Origin: an uncultured delta proteobacterium
GTDB lineage: Bacteria; Myxococcota_A; Polyangia; Fen-1088
DNA: 64,000 nt
Assembly (NCBI GenBank): GCA_963755125.1
Contig: CAVWIP010000008.1
Location: 384,001 to 448,000, forward strand
Reading direction: 5' to 3'
Shown: positions 10,315-20,911 of the stretch, piece by piece
Numbering within the stretch: position 1 is the first letter of the stretch
How the letters are laid out: every line of letters begins with the position of its first letter
Program-made: the position numbers and the translations under genes
The notes under the pieces: model-generated
Told to the model about the DNA's origin: nothing
The model's database searches: none
What the model saw: the letters and a program-made list of their open reading frames with translations, nothing else

Positions 10315-10995
10315 AACCGACGGCGAAAGAGAAGTGAAGAAATGATTCATGCGGCGGTTCCCCGGACACTTCCTGGTTGGCATTCCCAGCAGCACAAATG
10401 GTCCATGAAAAGTGGCGGCGGGAAAACACGAGGCAACGAATGCCATATCCAGCAACTCCATGTCCCCCGGTTCTGTAGATGTCGGTCTACACCGCCCAGC
10501 CCAACTCCTGCGTCCTCCCTCGGTCACTGATGATGGCAACAAGATCTTGTGTGTTGCCGGCAGCACCTGCTGAAGCATCATGTGGCGGCGGGGAAAGGAT
10601 CTAGTGTGGCATCAGCCAGCAACGATCTTTGTGCTCGACCAAGCTGCTGTTCGATCTGACCAGACCCGCTCTTGATGACCTGAACATGGGTCCTGCTCTT
10701 GTAACGCAGCAAGCGACTGGCTCTTGTACGCGGGGAAGAGAAGATGAATAATTGCCAACAGATACAGCTACCCCTCCCGCAGATTTCAGGTCTCGCCTTA
10801 TATAAGATAAGGCGACAGTCGGAAAGTGCGGGAGCCCTGTAGTCCCCTTCTCCCGCGTACAAAGCCAGACCACCTGGGTCCTGCCCTCGAAGTCCGACAA
10901 GAACGGCGGAGAAACAGGAACAAGATGATCATGGCGATGCCGTTCGGTCCACTTGATCCGAAGATGGCGATGCTCTTGGCCCCATGATCATCCAC

Positions 10996-11050
10996 CTGTT
11001 TTCTCTCCGGCTGTTTCCAGATACACTGCCCCGGGATGGGTGATAGAGCA
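10996..11050 (+). promoter_or_regulatory. Repeated promoter-like upstream element (further copies at 12348-12400 and 18171-18208)
   Basis: TTTTCTCTCCGGCTGTTTCCAGATACACT is repeated at 12352; TACACT -10-like box in all three copies. Confidence 0.6.
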
Positions 11051-11086
11051 TTTATGGTTACTGCGTTACGTGCTTCTGGAGGCACC

Positions 11087-12229
11087 ATGTTGAAGCGTGT
11101 GTGTCGTGTGTCTGGGAAGTTGATCGTGCTGTCCATGTTGGTCATCACCATGGGTGCAGGTGGGTGCACAGGCAGTGGACTTCGGATCGGAACCACTGCA
11201 GGTACGACCAGTTCCACCGCAGGTGCAACCGTAGATGTGACCAGCACCACCGGGGGAACCACCGGCACCATCGGAAACACAGGTGGAGGAAGCACGACCA
11301 GCACCACCGTAGGCGGCGGCTCAACCATCGCGCTAATTGGAGACGATGGAATGTGCGGTGGCCAACCCTGTCCTCAGGGCCAACAATGCTGCTTCAGCAC
11401 CGGACGCTGTGTGGCACCGAGCAATGTCACCAGCGATTGTCCGACACCTAAGCCAGTGCCCGCGGTCTGCGGCGGGGTGACATGCCCCTCCGGACAGATT
11501 TGCTGTTTGGTCGGCGGAAACTGCATCGATCCATCTACCGCCGGAACGAGTTGTCCGAAACCAAGTGCGACGTCGAGTGGTACCGATGCGGGTCTTGGTA
11601 GCACCTCACTTTCGTGCGCATCCAACGCGGATTGTCTCCCGACTCAGTTCTGCACCCAGCCCCCAGGGTCACTTCTTTGTCTAGGACCGGGGATCTGCCA
11701 ATCCCGTTCGAATTGCGGCTTTAGCTCGGGAACTACCACGAAATTCTGCGGGTGCGATGGGGTTAACTACCCGAGTGTTCAGGCGGCGTGCGTAGTCGGC
11801 GTGAGTCTCATGATTGGTTCACCTACACCTTGCGGCACCACGGTCAATCCAACACCAACGCCTGGCAGTCCACGTGTTGCCGTGACTTATTGTGGAGGAA
11901 GTGACCAATGTCCCACAGGGCAGCAATGCTGTTCCATCACTGGCCGCTGCTACGATCCTAGTGTGCCCTATCTATGTACGTTACCCCCTCCCGGCACGAC
12001 GATCTCGTGTGTCGATGATAGTCAATGTACCACTGTCGAGTTCTGCTCGGGCTCGGGGTGCTCTGGCCCCGGTGGATGTCTCGGCTTCGGGTCGGGCGAT
12101 TGCGGTGGCGAACTGAGCCCTGTTTGCGGATGCGACGGAAATTCCTACACCAACGCGGGCTGCGCGGTCGCGGTAGGCGTTCGTATCGCACACGATGGTG
12201 TCTGCGAAGGCGCAGACGCAGGACCCTGA
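11087..12229 (+). CDS. Cys-rich lipoprotein with two Kazal-like domains
   Basis: GGAGG RBS, AGGC lipobox, CGCDGVNY and PVCGCDGNSYTNAGCA. Confidence 0.85.
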   Translation: MLKRVCRVSGKLIVLSMLVITMGAGGCTGSGLRIGTTAGTTSSTAGATVDVTSTTGGTTGTIGNTGGGSTTSTTVGGGSTIALIGDDGMCGGQPCPQGQQCCFSTGRCVAPSNVTSDCPTPKPVPAVCGGVTCPSGQICCLVGGNCIDPSTAGTSCPKPSATSSGTDAGLGSTSLSCASNADCLPTQFCTQPPGSLLCLGPGICQSRSNCGFSSGTTTKFCGCDGVNYPSVQAACVVGVSLMIGSPTPCGTTVNPTPTPGSPRVAVTYCGGSDQCPTGQQCCSITGRCYDPSVPYLCTLPPPGTTISCVDDSQCTTVEFCSGSGCSGPGGCLGFGSGDCGGELSPVCGCDGNSYTNAGCAVAVGVRIAHDGVCEGADAGP

Positions 12230-12553
12230 ACGCGCAGTGTCCCCGACAATTCACCCTTGCTGCGGCGACAGTGTTTTTTTGTCTGCACCCGAACAGCCAC
12301 CGTAGACCTTGGCCGGAAACCTGGAGAAGACACCAGGAAGGTCACCGCTGTTTTTCTCTCCGGCTGTTTCCAGATACACTACCCAGGGTGGTTGATCGAG
12401 TGCCCGTGGCTGCTGTGAGGACGAGGACTTCCTCCTGCGCGTTCTGGCAGCCACCCAGTGATGCCGGAAGATGTGATTTCCATGGAGTAGCTCCCGGACC
12501 GACAAGAGCCAGGTCGCGAAGTAGCCTGCAATGCCTTTCCGGCCATCGCGGCG

Positions 12554-12772
12554 TCACCTGTCGAGCTTCAATCCTCGAAAGAGTCTACGCCTTTTCTTTT
12601 CCCGCCATTGCCTTTGTTCTTCCGCCTTCTGCCTCTGCTCAAGCTTTGCTCTGAACAACTTGATCTCGTCCTCCCGTCTCTTCTCCCATTGCCGACGTCG
12701 GATCAGATATCCCACCATTGCGGACGCCAGTACGCCGCCAATCAGGGCAATGGTCCACCCCGTGGCAATCAC
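12554..12772 (-). CDS. Small membrane protein with basic tail
   Basis: One TM helix followed by a charged coiled coil; GAGGA RBS. Confidence 0.55.
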   Translation of the reverse strand: MIATGWTIALIGGVLASAMVGYLIRRRQWEKRREDEIKLFRAKLEQRQKAEEQRQWREKKRRRLFRGLKLDR

Positions 12773-13279
12773 TGTACGTCCTCGGGGATGATGGAAGCAC
12801 GGTCGGACGCGTCCACGCAGAAGGCGGTGCCCAGATCATCCGCAGAGGGCTGCGATAAGAAGCCGACGGTCGTGTTGTCTTGTGACACGTGGCGCATAAT
12901 CTCCTCCCTTGTCCATGTTGGATGGTGAGAAACTCCCCAGCTCACAAGGGGCATCTGAGCAGCAAAGTGGGTCATTCAGGGCGGTCGAGGCGGATCACAG
13001 GCAGGCAACGATCAGCAGCCAGGTACACCATCGTCATGGGCACTTGATCCCAGGATGGCGATGTTCCTGGCCCCCGAGATCATCCAACATGGGGTCCGGT
13101 GGAAGAAGCACCAGAGACGACTGGGCTCGGCCAACATGATCTGACCCAGGACGCGATATGATAAACTCTGCCTATGGTTGGCGCAGTCGAGCAGCACGAC
13201 AGGATCGGGCCAGAAGTCTACCCGGTCCCGCTACCCAGTTCTGCCTCAGCTAGTTTAGGCAACGCCACGTTGGCTGGAG

Positions 13280-13852
13280 GTGAAGATGAACAGCGCTCTC
13301 AGCACATTCCGACGGGTTCTGGTTTCTGTGGCGTTAGCGACGATCTTCTGCACGGACTGTAACAATGGAGAGGATTGCACCACGGGTAAGGCTTACTATG
13401 GCTCTGTTCCTCCGGCGGAGGGAACCGTGAGCTATGGGCAGCCGCCAGTCAGCCAGCCCTTCGGAGGTTCACCTGGACCGTCAGTCTACCAATGCATGCA
13501 AGCCCCGGATGCGTGTGCAAGCGTATCCTTTGGCTCTGACAGCGGAGCTTTCCCCATCGAAGTGACGGTCGCACCGTTACAAAACGGGCAGGTCATTACG
13601 TTGCCTTCTCCGGATGTGACGGTGACTGCATCACTCAATGACGCGTATGCTGGTATTCCCTATGACGGTGGGGCAGCGCGGGAAGCTCTCACCTTGGTTT
13701 CCGGCACGATCACAGTGACAGTCTCCCTCAACAACTTCGACGCCCATTTTGACATGACATTCACGAGACCTGACGGAGAGCCCGTAGTTATTCAGAATGG
13801 CCGCATGGCCATGCTCAATGCGACATGGACGGAGACCACGACCTGTTATTGA
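13280..13852 (+). CDS. Putative secreted protein or lipoprotein
   Basis: Signal peptide with Cys, beta-rich body, GGAGG RBS. Confidence 0.7.
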   Translation: MKMNSALSTFRRVLVSVALATIFCTDCNNGEDCTTGKAYYGSVPPAEGTVSYGQPPVSQPFGGSPGPSVYQCMQAPDACASVSFGSDSGAFPIEVTVAPLQNGQVITLPSPDVTVTASLNDAYAGIPYDGGAAREALTLVSGTITVTVSLNNFDAHFDMTFTRPDGEPVVIQNGRMAMLNATWTETTTCY

Positions 13853-14087
13853 TGCTCAAATAGCGCCGCTACTGTCGGGTCAGGACCATGGTTCCCTGTG
13901 AGACGCCCGCCCCATTGCTCGGGACGAGAGCCACAGTGATCTGGTTGCCTGAAACGCAGTAGGGGTCTTCGATAGGGGATGATCCGTTGTCGGGTTGGAA
14001 GGTCAGCGTGTCACCCATCGCGCCCGCGCCAGGGTGAGCAGGCACAGCAGTGCCGGCTGCTCTGTGGCACCTCGTAGACAGTTTCCG

Positions 14088-16016
14088 CTACGGCTGACCA
14101 ACAAGCACGTCACGCACTTTGGCAATCAACTCGCCACTTGTGTACGGCTTCTGGATGAAGCCCGCCAGACCTTTGCCGGCGAATAGGTTGACAACGTCTT
14201 GTTCGTTGTAGCCCGAGCTGAGGATTACCTTTACCTCCGGCTTCATCAGGCGCAGCTCGCGAAAGCATGCCTCACCATCGAGATGGGGCATGGTGAGATC
14301 GAGAATGACCAAATCCACCTCGGCCATGACCTGCTTGAAAATCTCGACCGCCTGGCGGCCATCTTCAGCAGCGAGGACGGTGAATCCCGCCCGTTCGAGC
14401 ATGCGTCGAGTCAGATTGCGCACGGTCTCCTCGTCGTCGACCACGAGGATCTGGCCATGACCTTTCCATGCTCGGGTGCCGGTTGCTGCGCTCGCACCCG
14501 CCCGCGCCGGTGTCTCGGCGGCCGGGAAGAGCAATCTAAAGGTTGTCCCGCGGCCGACCTCGCTGTAGACCTTGATGGCACCCTTGTGGCCGCGCACGAT
14601 GCCCAGCACTGCGGCCAGGCCCAAGCCGCGGCCGGTGAACTTTGTAGTGAAAAAAGGATCGAAGATGCGATCCTGGGTTGCCTTATCCATGCCGTGCCCG
14701 GTATCCGCCACTTCGACATAGACGAAATCGCCGGGCTGGATGGCGTCAGCGGCAAAGCAGGTCTTGAGATAGGCGGCGTCGCAATAGGCTAGGCCTGTTG
14801 TCACGGAAATGACACCGCTGCGATCACCGATGGCTTCCGAGGCGTTGAGGATGAGGTTCATGATGGTCTGCCGCATCTGAGTGGCGTCGGCCTCGATTGC
14901 GGGTAGGTCCTTGGCGAAGTGGTACTTGAGTACGACCTTCTTGCTGATGCTGACTGACAGCAGGTGTCCCATCTCCTGCACCAGTTCCTGAAGGTCGAGT
15001 GGCTGCACCAGGAAGCGGCCCTTGCCGCTGTAGGCGAGGAGCTGCCGGCACAGCTCCGCCGCACGCCGGGCTGCGGTCTCGATGGCTTGCAGGCTCTCGC
15101 GCGCCGGCGCGACCGGAGACAGTTCAGCTAGCGCTAGATCGGCATTGCCCAGGACGCCGGTCAGCAGGTTGTTGAAGTCATGCGCGATGCCGCCGGCCAA
15201 TACGCCCAGGCTCTCCAGTTTTTGAGTGTGCAGCACCTGTTGCTCCAGGTTGCGCTTCTCGGTGATGTCCTGCCCTCCTGTCAGAATGAGCGTCCGCTCG
15301 CCCATATCCACCCTGCGCGCCGAGACGCGCATGACGGCGACCGTGCCGTCCTTGCGCCGAAGCCGCGCTTCAATGCCATCGACCTGCCCCTCGCGCACGA
15401 GCTCGGCGTACATGGACTCACGCAGTCTCGGGTCGCTCCACAACCCGATCTCGTCCGGGCTGTGTCCGACGAGTTCTGCCTGGGTGTAGCCCGCAACCCT
15501 GCAGAATGCCTCGTTGCAGTTCAGCCAGAGACCGTCGACTGAGGAGATGGTGAGAGGATCGGGCGCGAAATCGAAGACCTTGCGGAATCGCTCCTCGCTC
15601 TTGCGCAGGGCCCGTTCGTGACGCTTCTGTTCCGACACGTCGAAGAAGATGGTGGCGAAGAGGCCCGGACCGAGCGGTACGATGCTGATAACGAAGTGAC
15701 GGTCCAGCGCCGGGGTGTAGACGTCCATCCTGGACGCCCGGCCAGACAGGGCCACGGCGGAGAACTCGGCCAGGTAGGGAGCCTCGGGCGTGCCATAGGC
15801 TTCAGTGGCTCGCCTGCCGACGACTTGTTTCGGCGGGAGGCCCGTGCACCCTTGATACTGCGGATTTACCGCGAGGATGCAGTAGTCGACCGGCTTGCCG
15901 GAGGCGTCGCACACGAGTTCGTGCAGAGCCACCCCCTCGGCCATGTGGCGAAAGAGCGAAGCCAGAAGCCTCTCGGCGTCGATCTTCAGGTTGGGCATGA
16001 AGCTGCGGTCGTCCAT
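14088..16016 (-). CDS. Hybrid sensor kinase (2 PAS + HisKA + HATPase + receiver)
   Basis: AGGIAHDFNNLL H-box, DTGHG, PFFTTK..GRGLGL, VVDDE and DLTMP receiver motifs. Confidence 0.95.
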   Translation of the reverse strand: MDDRSFMPNLKIDAERLLASLFRHMAEGVALHELVCDASGKPVDYCILAVNPQYQGCTGLPPKQVVGRRATEAYGTPEAPYLAEFSAVALSGRASRMDVYTPALDRHFVISIVPLGPGLFATIFFDVSEQKRHERALRKSEERFRKVFDFAPDPLTISSVDGLWLNCNEAFCRVAGYTQAELVGHSPDEIGLWSDPRLRESMYAELVREGQVDGIEARLRRKDGTVAVMRVSARRVDMGERTLILTGGQDITEKRNLEQQVLHTQKLESLGVLAGGIAHDFNNLLTGVLGNADLALAELSPVAPARESLQAIETAARRAAELCRQLLAYSGKGRFLVQPLDLQELVQEMGHLLSVSISKKVVLKYHFAKDLPAIEADATQMRQTIMNLILNASEAIGDRSGVISVTTGLAYCDAAYLKTCFAADAIQPGDFVYVEVADTGHGMDKATQDRIFDPFFTTKFTGRGLGLAAVLGIVRGHKGAIKVYSEVGRGTTFRLLFPAAETPARAGASAATGTRAWKGHGQILVVDDEETVRNLTRRMLERAGFTVLAAEDGRQAVEIFKQVMAEVDLVILDLTMPHLDGEACFRELRLMKPEVKVILSSGYNEQDVVNLFAGKGLAGFIQKPYTSGELIAKVRDVLVGQP

Positions 16017-16273
16017 TCGGCCTCCGATTCGACGACTGACCCCACCGACTACGGCCGCCGTCGTGGGTGACATCCTACCACTCGCGAACGGGAGTCGGAG
16101 AAGAGTCATGCGCGCCGTCGTCCTGTTCTTCCGCGAACTGCGGGGGCGCTACCCCGTGAGCCGGTGACGTCGTTTGCTCGAAATCCCATCGGCAAAGTAG
16201 CTCAAGGCCGTTGGTGCCGGTACTGTTCACCTTGTGAAGATCGCGGAAAGGTGTAAAAGCCGAAACCGTATCC

Positions 16274-16597
16274 ATGACCAAAGCCGACCTCATCTCCATA
16301 ATCGCCGACAAGCTCAAGTTCCCTCGGGCTCGTGCGGAGCTGCTGGTCGATGTGGTCTTCGGCTGCATGGAGCAGTCAATGAGTCGCGGCGAAAAGATCG
16401 AAATTCGAGGCTTCGGCAACTTCACCGTGCGCCAGTACCGCGCCTACGACGGTCGCAACCCGCGCACAGGTGCAACCGTCCCCGTCAAGCCCAAGCGTCT
16501 GGCTTTCTTCAAGGTGGGCAAGGAGATGCGGAAGCGGGTGAACGATGGGCTGCGGCCGACAGAGGCAGCAGCGGCTGAGCCGGGCAAGGTGGCCTAG
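16274..16597 (+). CDS. ihfB: Integration host factor beta / HU-family protein
   Basis: MTKADL..IEIRGFGNF..GRNPRTG..FFKVGKE. Confidence 0.9.
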   Translation: MTKADLISIIADKLKFPRARAELLVDVVFGCMEQSMSRGEKIEIRGFGNFTVRQYRAYDGRNPRTGATVPVKPKRLAFFKVGKEMRKRVNDGLRPTEAAAAEPGKVA

Positions 16598-16610
16598 AAC
16601 GGGACGGTCA

Positions 16611-16634
16611 ACAGCCCGATATCTACGGGGCTGT
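16611..16634 (+). terminator. Hairpin after the IHF gene
   Basis: ACAGCCC...GGGCTGT stem; no strong U-tract. Confidence 0.45.
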
Positions 16635-16806
16635 CAGCCATCCATGCTTCGGTGCGCAAGAGGCACTCATGACGACAGGGCTGCCTGCCAACCATCAGAA
16701 TTCTGAGGGTAGTCGTCCATGATCTGGCTTGTTCCCCGGCCAGCGGAGAGACTCGCCCTTGGCCTTGAACTTGCTGATAACCTGCTCACTTGATCTGGAG
16801 GTAGCC

Positions 16807-18115
16807 ATGACTCGATGGATTCGACGTGGGACCGGTTGTTGTGTTCTCTCCGCCTTCTTCTTCGCCGCACTTGCTGGGTGTGGTAGTGGGGCATCTGTCC
16901 CAAAAATCAACACTGCCAAGTCATCTGCCCAGCGCATCGCCGATCCACAGGTGCCGGCGGCGGACAGCACTACCCTGGCTTCCGACAACGCCGCTTTCGC
17001 GTTTGCTGCCTACCAACAGCTCATCACCGCGAACACCAACCTGGTCTTCTCACCAGCCAGCATATCCATCGCACTTGCCATGACCTACGCTGGCGCGGCA
17101 ACCACGACAGCGACCGAGATGGCTCAGGCGCTTCACTTCACCCTGCCACCCGCGCAGTTGCACCCGGCGTTCAATGCTCTGGACCAGACTCTGGCCTCAC
17201 GTGGTCAGGGCTTCCTGGGCGGTGATGGTGGACCCATGCAGGTAGACATCGTCAACGCGCTTTGGGCTGAGAAAACCTACACATTTGAGGCCGACTTCCT
17301 CGACACTCTGGCCGAGAACTATGGCGCCGGCGTGAACCTTCTCGATTTCATCAATGCCCCCGATCCATCGCGGTTGACCATCAACTCATGGGTGGCCAGC
17401 CAGACTGACGATAAGATCCAGAATCTGTTGCCGCCCAATTCCATCGATGGCTTGACTCGTCTGGTCCTGACCGACGCGGTGTATTTCAATGCTGCATGGG
17501 AAACGTCCTTTGACCCGAACAATACCCAAGACGGCCCATTCACCCGGCTCGACGGCAGCACCGTGACTGTCAGTTTCATGAACGCAGACCTCCCCAGCCT
17601 TCCGGCCAGTCAGGGGGCGAATTTTGTAGCCGCGTCTCTACCCTACGCCGACACTCGACTCTCGCTGGTGGTGGTGGTGCCTGATGAGGGCCAGTTCAGC
17701 CAGGTCGAATCGTCGCTGAACGCGACCACGCTGGCGAGTCTGGTGGCAGGGCTGACCAGCCAGCCGGTTCTCCTTACCATTCCCCGCTTGAAGATCGAGA
17801 CCAGTACGAGTTTGGAGGCACTTCTTCAGGCCCTGGGCATGAGAATCGGCCTTCATCCCCGGCACAGCCGACTTCTCGGGCATGGATGGCCAGCACGACC
17901 TTTACATCTCGGACGTCTTCCACGACGCCTTCATCAACGTCACGGAAAAGGGTACCGAGGCCGCAGCCGCCACTGCCGTCGTGGTTGGGGCCGGGGCTGC
18001 CGCCCCGACCGGGCTAGTGGTCGACGCGACCCGTCCCTTCATCTATTTTCTGTATGACCAGCCGACGGGTGCCATTCTGTTCATGGGCCGGGTTCAAGAT
18101 CCTAGCCAGAACTGA
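16807..18115 (+). pseudogene. Lipoprotein serpin with a single frameshift near 17842
   Basis: LAGC lipobox, NLVFSPASI, LVLTDAVYFNAAW; the hinge and reactive loop EKGTEAAAATAV and RPFIYF are in a different frame. Confidence 0.92.
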
Positions 18116-18243
18116 CCAGAGGGGCGCATCATACAGCGCCATCTCGACCGGGAGGGAGGCCAGTGTAAATGTCTTCAGGTACACTACCCCAGGTGATCGA
18201 TAGAGCATCCAGGGCTCCTGTCTCGCGTGCATCTGGAGGCACC

Positions 18244-19860
18244 ATGTCGGATCGCGTGTGTCGTGTGTCTGGGAAGTTGATCGTGCTGTCCATGTTGGTC
18301 ATCACCATGGGTGCAGGTGGGTGCACAGGCAGTGGACTTCGGATCGGAGCCACTGCAGGTACGACCAGTTCCACCGCAGGTGCAACCGGTGCCGCTGGAG
18401 GGAGCGCTGGGACCACCGTAGATCTGACCAGCACCAGCGGGGGAACCACTGCTTCCATCGGAAACACGGGTGGAGGAGGGATGACCAGCACTACCGTAGG
18501 TATCCCCGCCTATGCAGGCACAGTCAGCACCACTGGCGGAATCACAGGCATAACCGGGGGTGCGGGTGGGGGAGGCACCATGGTCACCACTGCAGGGACC
18601 ACTGGCACTACCGGAGGCATGAACCGTACCACTGGAGGTGCTGGAACAGGAGGCAGCACCAGCAAGAGCGGCAGTTCCGGTGGGGTGGGTGGTTCTGGTG
18701 GAACAGCGGGCGTCGGAGGAAAGGATGGCGGGACTGTTGTGGACGCAGCGGTAGAGCAGAGCGCATACGCTCCGGCGGTCCCCGACGCAGTGGTTGTGCT
18801 GCAAGGAGTCTTCGTGCCGACGGGCAGCATGACCGTAGCAAGGGAAGGCCACACGGCGACGTTGCTGCCCAACGGGATGGTGCTCATCGCCGGCGGGGAA
18901 GACGACTCCGGGATTCTCGCAAGCGCGGAGCTGTACGACCCAGCGGACGGGACATTCACCGCGACGGGAAGCATGACCGAGGTAAGGGCTGGCCATACGG
19001 CGACGTTGTTGCCCAACGGGAAGGTGCTCATAGCCAGCGGACTAGCGAATCTGCGCGTGCCCACGGGACCGCCGAGCGCAGAGCTATACGACCCGGCGGT
19101 CGGGACATTCACGACCGCGGGAACGGTCGACGCGGCCAGGGGTGGCCATACGGCGACGTTGCTGCCCAACGGAAAGGTGCTCTTTGCCGGCGGAACCGAG
19201 CTGAACAACGAAGCTGGCACCTGGGTTACCTTCGCGAGCACCGAGCTATACGACCCCATCTCCGAGACATTCACCGCCACGGGCAGCATGACCGCGGCAA
19301 GGAGTGGCCACACCGCGACGTTATTGCCGAGCGGAAAGGTGCTCATCGTCAGCGGATACGATGACGTCAACAGCTACGGTGTCAGCGCAAGCGCAGAGCT
19401 ATACGACCCCAGCGCTGGGACATCCACCGCGACCGGCAGCATGGCCGTAGCTGCGGTGGAGCAGGCGGCGACGCTCTTGCCGAGCGGAAAGGTGCTCATC
19501 ACCGGCGGCAACGACGGAAGCCGCAACTACTCCCCGTTTGCGAGCGCGGAGCTGTACGACCCAGCAGCCGGGACATTCACAGCAACCAGCAACATGAGCG
19601 TGGCAAGGGCGTACCACACCGCGGCGTTATTGCCGAGCGGGAAGGTGCTCATCGCCGGCGGAGCATCCGACAGCAATACAACTCTCATGAGCGCAGAGCT
19701 ATACGACCCGGCGGCCGGGACATTCACGGCAACCGGCAGCATGACCACGACAAGGAGTGGCCACACCGCGACGTTATTGCCGAGCGGGAAGGTGCTCATC
19801 GCCGGCGGATTGGATAACGACGGGAACAGCCTCGCGAGCGCTGAGCTATACGAGGAATAG
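18244..19860 (+). CDS. Kelch-repeat beta-propeller lipoprotein
   Basis: About 7 repeats of R.GHTATLLP.GKVLIAGG..SAELYDP; leader shared with the 11087 gene. Confidence 0.93.
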   Translation: MSDRVCRVSGKLIVLSMLVITMGAGGCTGSGLRIGATAGTTSSTAGATGAAGGSAGTTVDLTSTSGGTTASIGNTGGGGMTSTTVGIPAYAGTVSTTGGITGITGGAGGGGTMVTTAGTTGTTGGMNRTTGGAGTGGSTSKSGSSGGVGGSGGTAGVGGKDGGTVVDAAVEQSAYAPAVPDAVVVLQGVFVPTGSMTVAREGHTATLLPNGMVLIAGGEDDSGILASAELYDPADGTFTATGSMTEVRAGHTATLLPNGKVLIASGLANLRVPTGPPSAELYDPAVGTFTTAGTVDAARGGHTATLLPNGKVLFAGGTELNNEAGTWVTFASTELYDPISETFTATGSMTAARSGHTATLLPSGKVLIVSGYDDVNSYGVSASAELYDPSAGTSTATGSMAVAAVEQAATLLPSGKVLITGGNDGSRNYSPFASAELYDPAAGTFTATSNMSVARAYHTAALLPSGKVLIAGGASDSNTTLMSAELYDPAAGTFTATGSMTTTRSGHTATLLPSGKVLIAGGLDNDGNSLASAELYEE

Positions 19861-19940
19861 ACCCCGACCGCCGGTGCCACCCGACGAGTCATAGCTGCAT
19901 CAAAGAGGGAGACGGCGGGCGCTCATTGCTCGGCACCCAA

Positions 19941-20088
19941 TTAGCTTTGGAATGTGGGTCCCCTTTCCCCACCCGCACCCACGGTCGTCCGCATGCCAGG
20001 GCTCCCAAAATATCGGCGGGTGAAAAATTCTAGGGCAAAAATTCAAGCCGGCTGTCCAGCTTGAACCTGAAGGCACACACGCCTCCAT
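19941..20088 (+). repeat. Copy 2 of conserved ~150-bp element, including a minus-strand terminator-like hairpin
   Basis: TTAGCTTTGG..GGGTCCCCTTT..CCCACGGT..TGAAAAATT..GGGCAAAAATTCAAGCC..CCAGCTTGAACC..GCCTCCAT. Confidence 0.85.
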
Positions 20089-20098
20089 CTCCCCTTGG

Positions 20099-20710
20099 TC
20101 AGTTTCGTACTTGCTGGCGGGAAACAGGAATCTCAAGCTGTGCCCGTTCTGCCAGTTCATGGCCAAGCCGACGGCAACGAGACCAAGCTCTCTCGGTTCT
20201 GATGCCCAGCCGTCTGGCGATGCTCTTCAACCTGTGACCAGCCATGCGCATGGACAGCAGAGTTTGGTCATCTTCAGGCAAGCTGGAAATCCATGCTTCC
20301 AGGTCAATGGCTGATACGATCTTCCTCACCGGATTCGCCGCCAACGACTCTGCCATCCCAAGCATCTCGCACTCCTGTTTGTCCTGGAGAATTTGATCCA
20401 GCCGAAGCACCTCCACCTTGCCCTCGATGTAGTTGCGCAAGTCCATCACACAGCCTTTTCGAGCTTTGCCACCAGCGGGAACAATCTGACGGCTCAAATC
20501 CTCAGCACGAAGCCGGGCAGCATGAACAAGAATGGCATCATCCAGTATCTCCCCTTTCTCTGCATGCCGACGGTACTGCTCGTACACGAGGGCAAGTGCA
20601 TCCTGGGTTCTGTCATCCGCCATGTCGGCATGAAGCCGGCGAGTGATAGGCTTGAAAATGCCACTGCGGATTTTCAGATCGAATGACGAACGGATTGTCT
20701 CGATATTCAT
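20099..20710 (-). CDS. Sigma70 region-4 / ECF-sigma-like DNA-binding protein
   Basis: WISSLPEDDQTLLSMRMAGHRLKSIARRLG helix-turn-helix; GGAGG RBS before MNIET. Confidence 0.75.
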   Translation of the reverse strand: MNIETIRSSFDLKIRSGIFKPITRRLHADMADDRTQDALALVYEQYRRHAEKGEILDDAILVHAARLRAEDLSRQIVPAGGKARKGCVMDLRNYIEGKVEVLRLDQILQDKQECEMLGMAESLAANPVRKIVSAIDLEAWISSLPEDDQTLLSMRMAGHRLKSIARRLGIRTERAWSRCRRLGHELAERAQLEIPVSRQQVRN

Positions 20711-20911
20711 GGTCAGGACCTCCGTAGGCGTGCACACACGGAGGCCCTTGTGGTCCACGTGGCGCACAGTTGCGCCAGTGGGCGCGTGGTTTAGCAGTGT
20801 CAGCTAGGACAACACTGATGATTACGGCGCAGGTGCACCGTTGAGGGCTGAAGAGCTGCCCTTCACTATCCTTATACCCGAGTTGTGGGGGGCGATTTCG
20901 GGGGGGTTCTA

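Noticed and set aside
10578..10862. YkgJ-like Cys-cluster fragment (LYKARPEICG)
   Set aside because: A single weak motif with most cysteines absent.
18800..19860. Regular ~150-bp nucleotide repeats (CRISPR or DGR?)
   Set aside because: They are in-frame Kelch coding repeats; no spacers, cas genes or reverse transcriptase.
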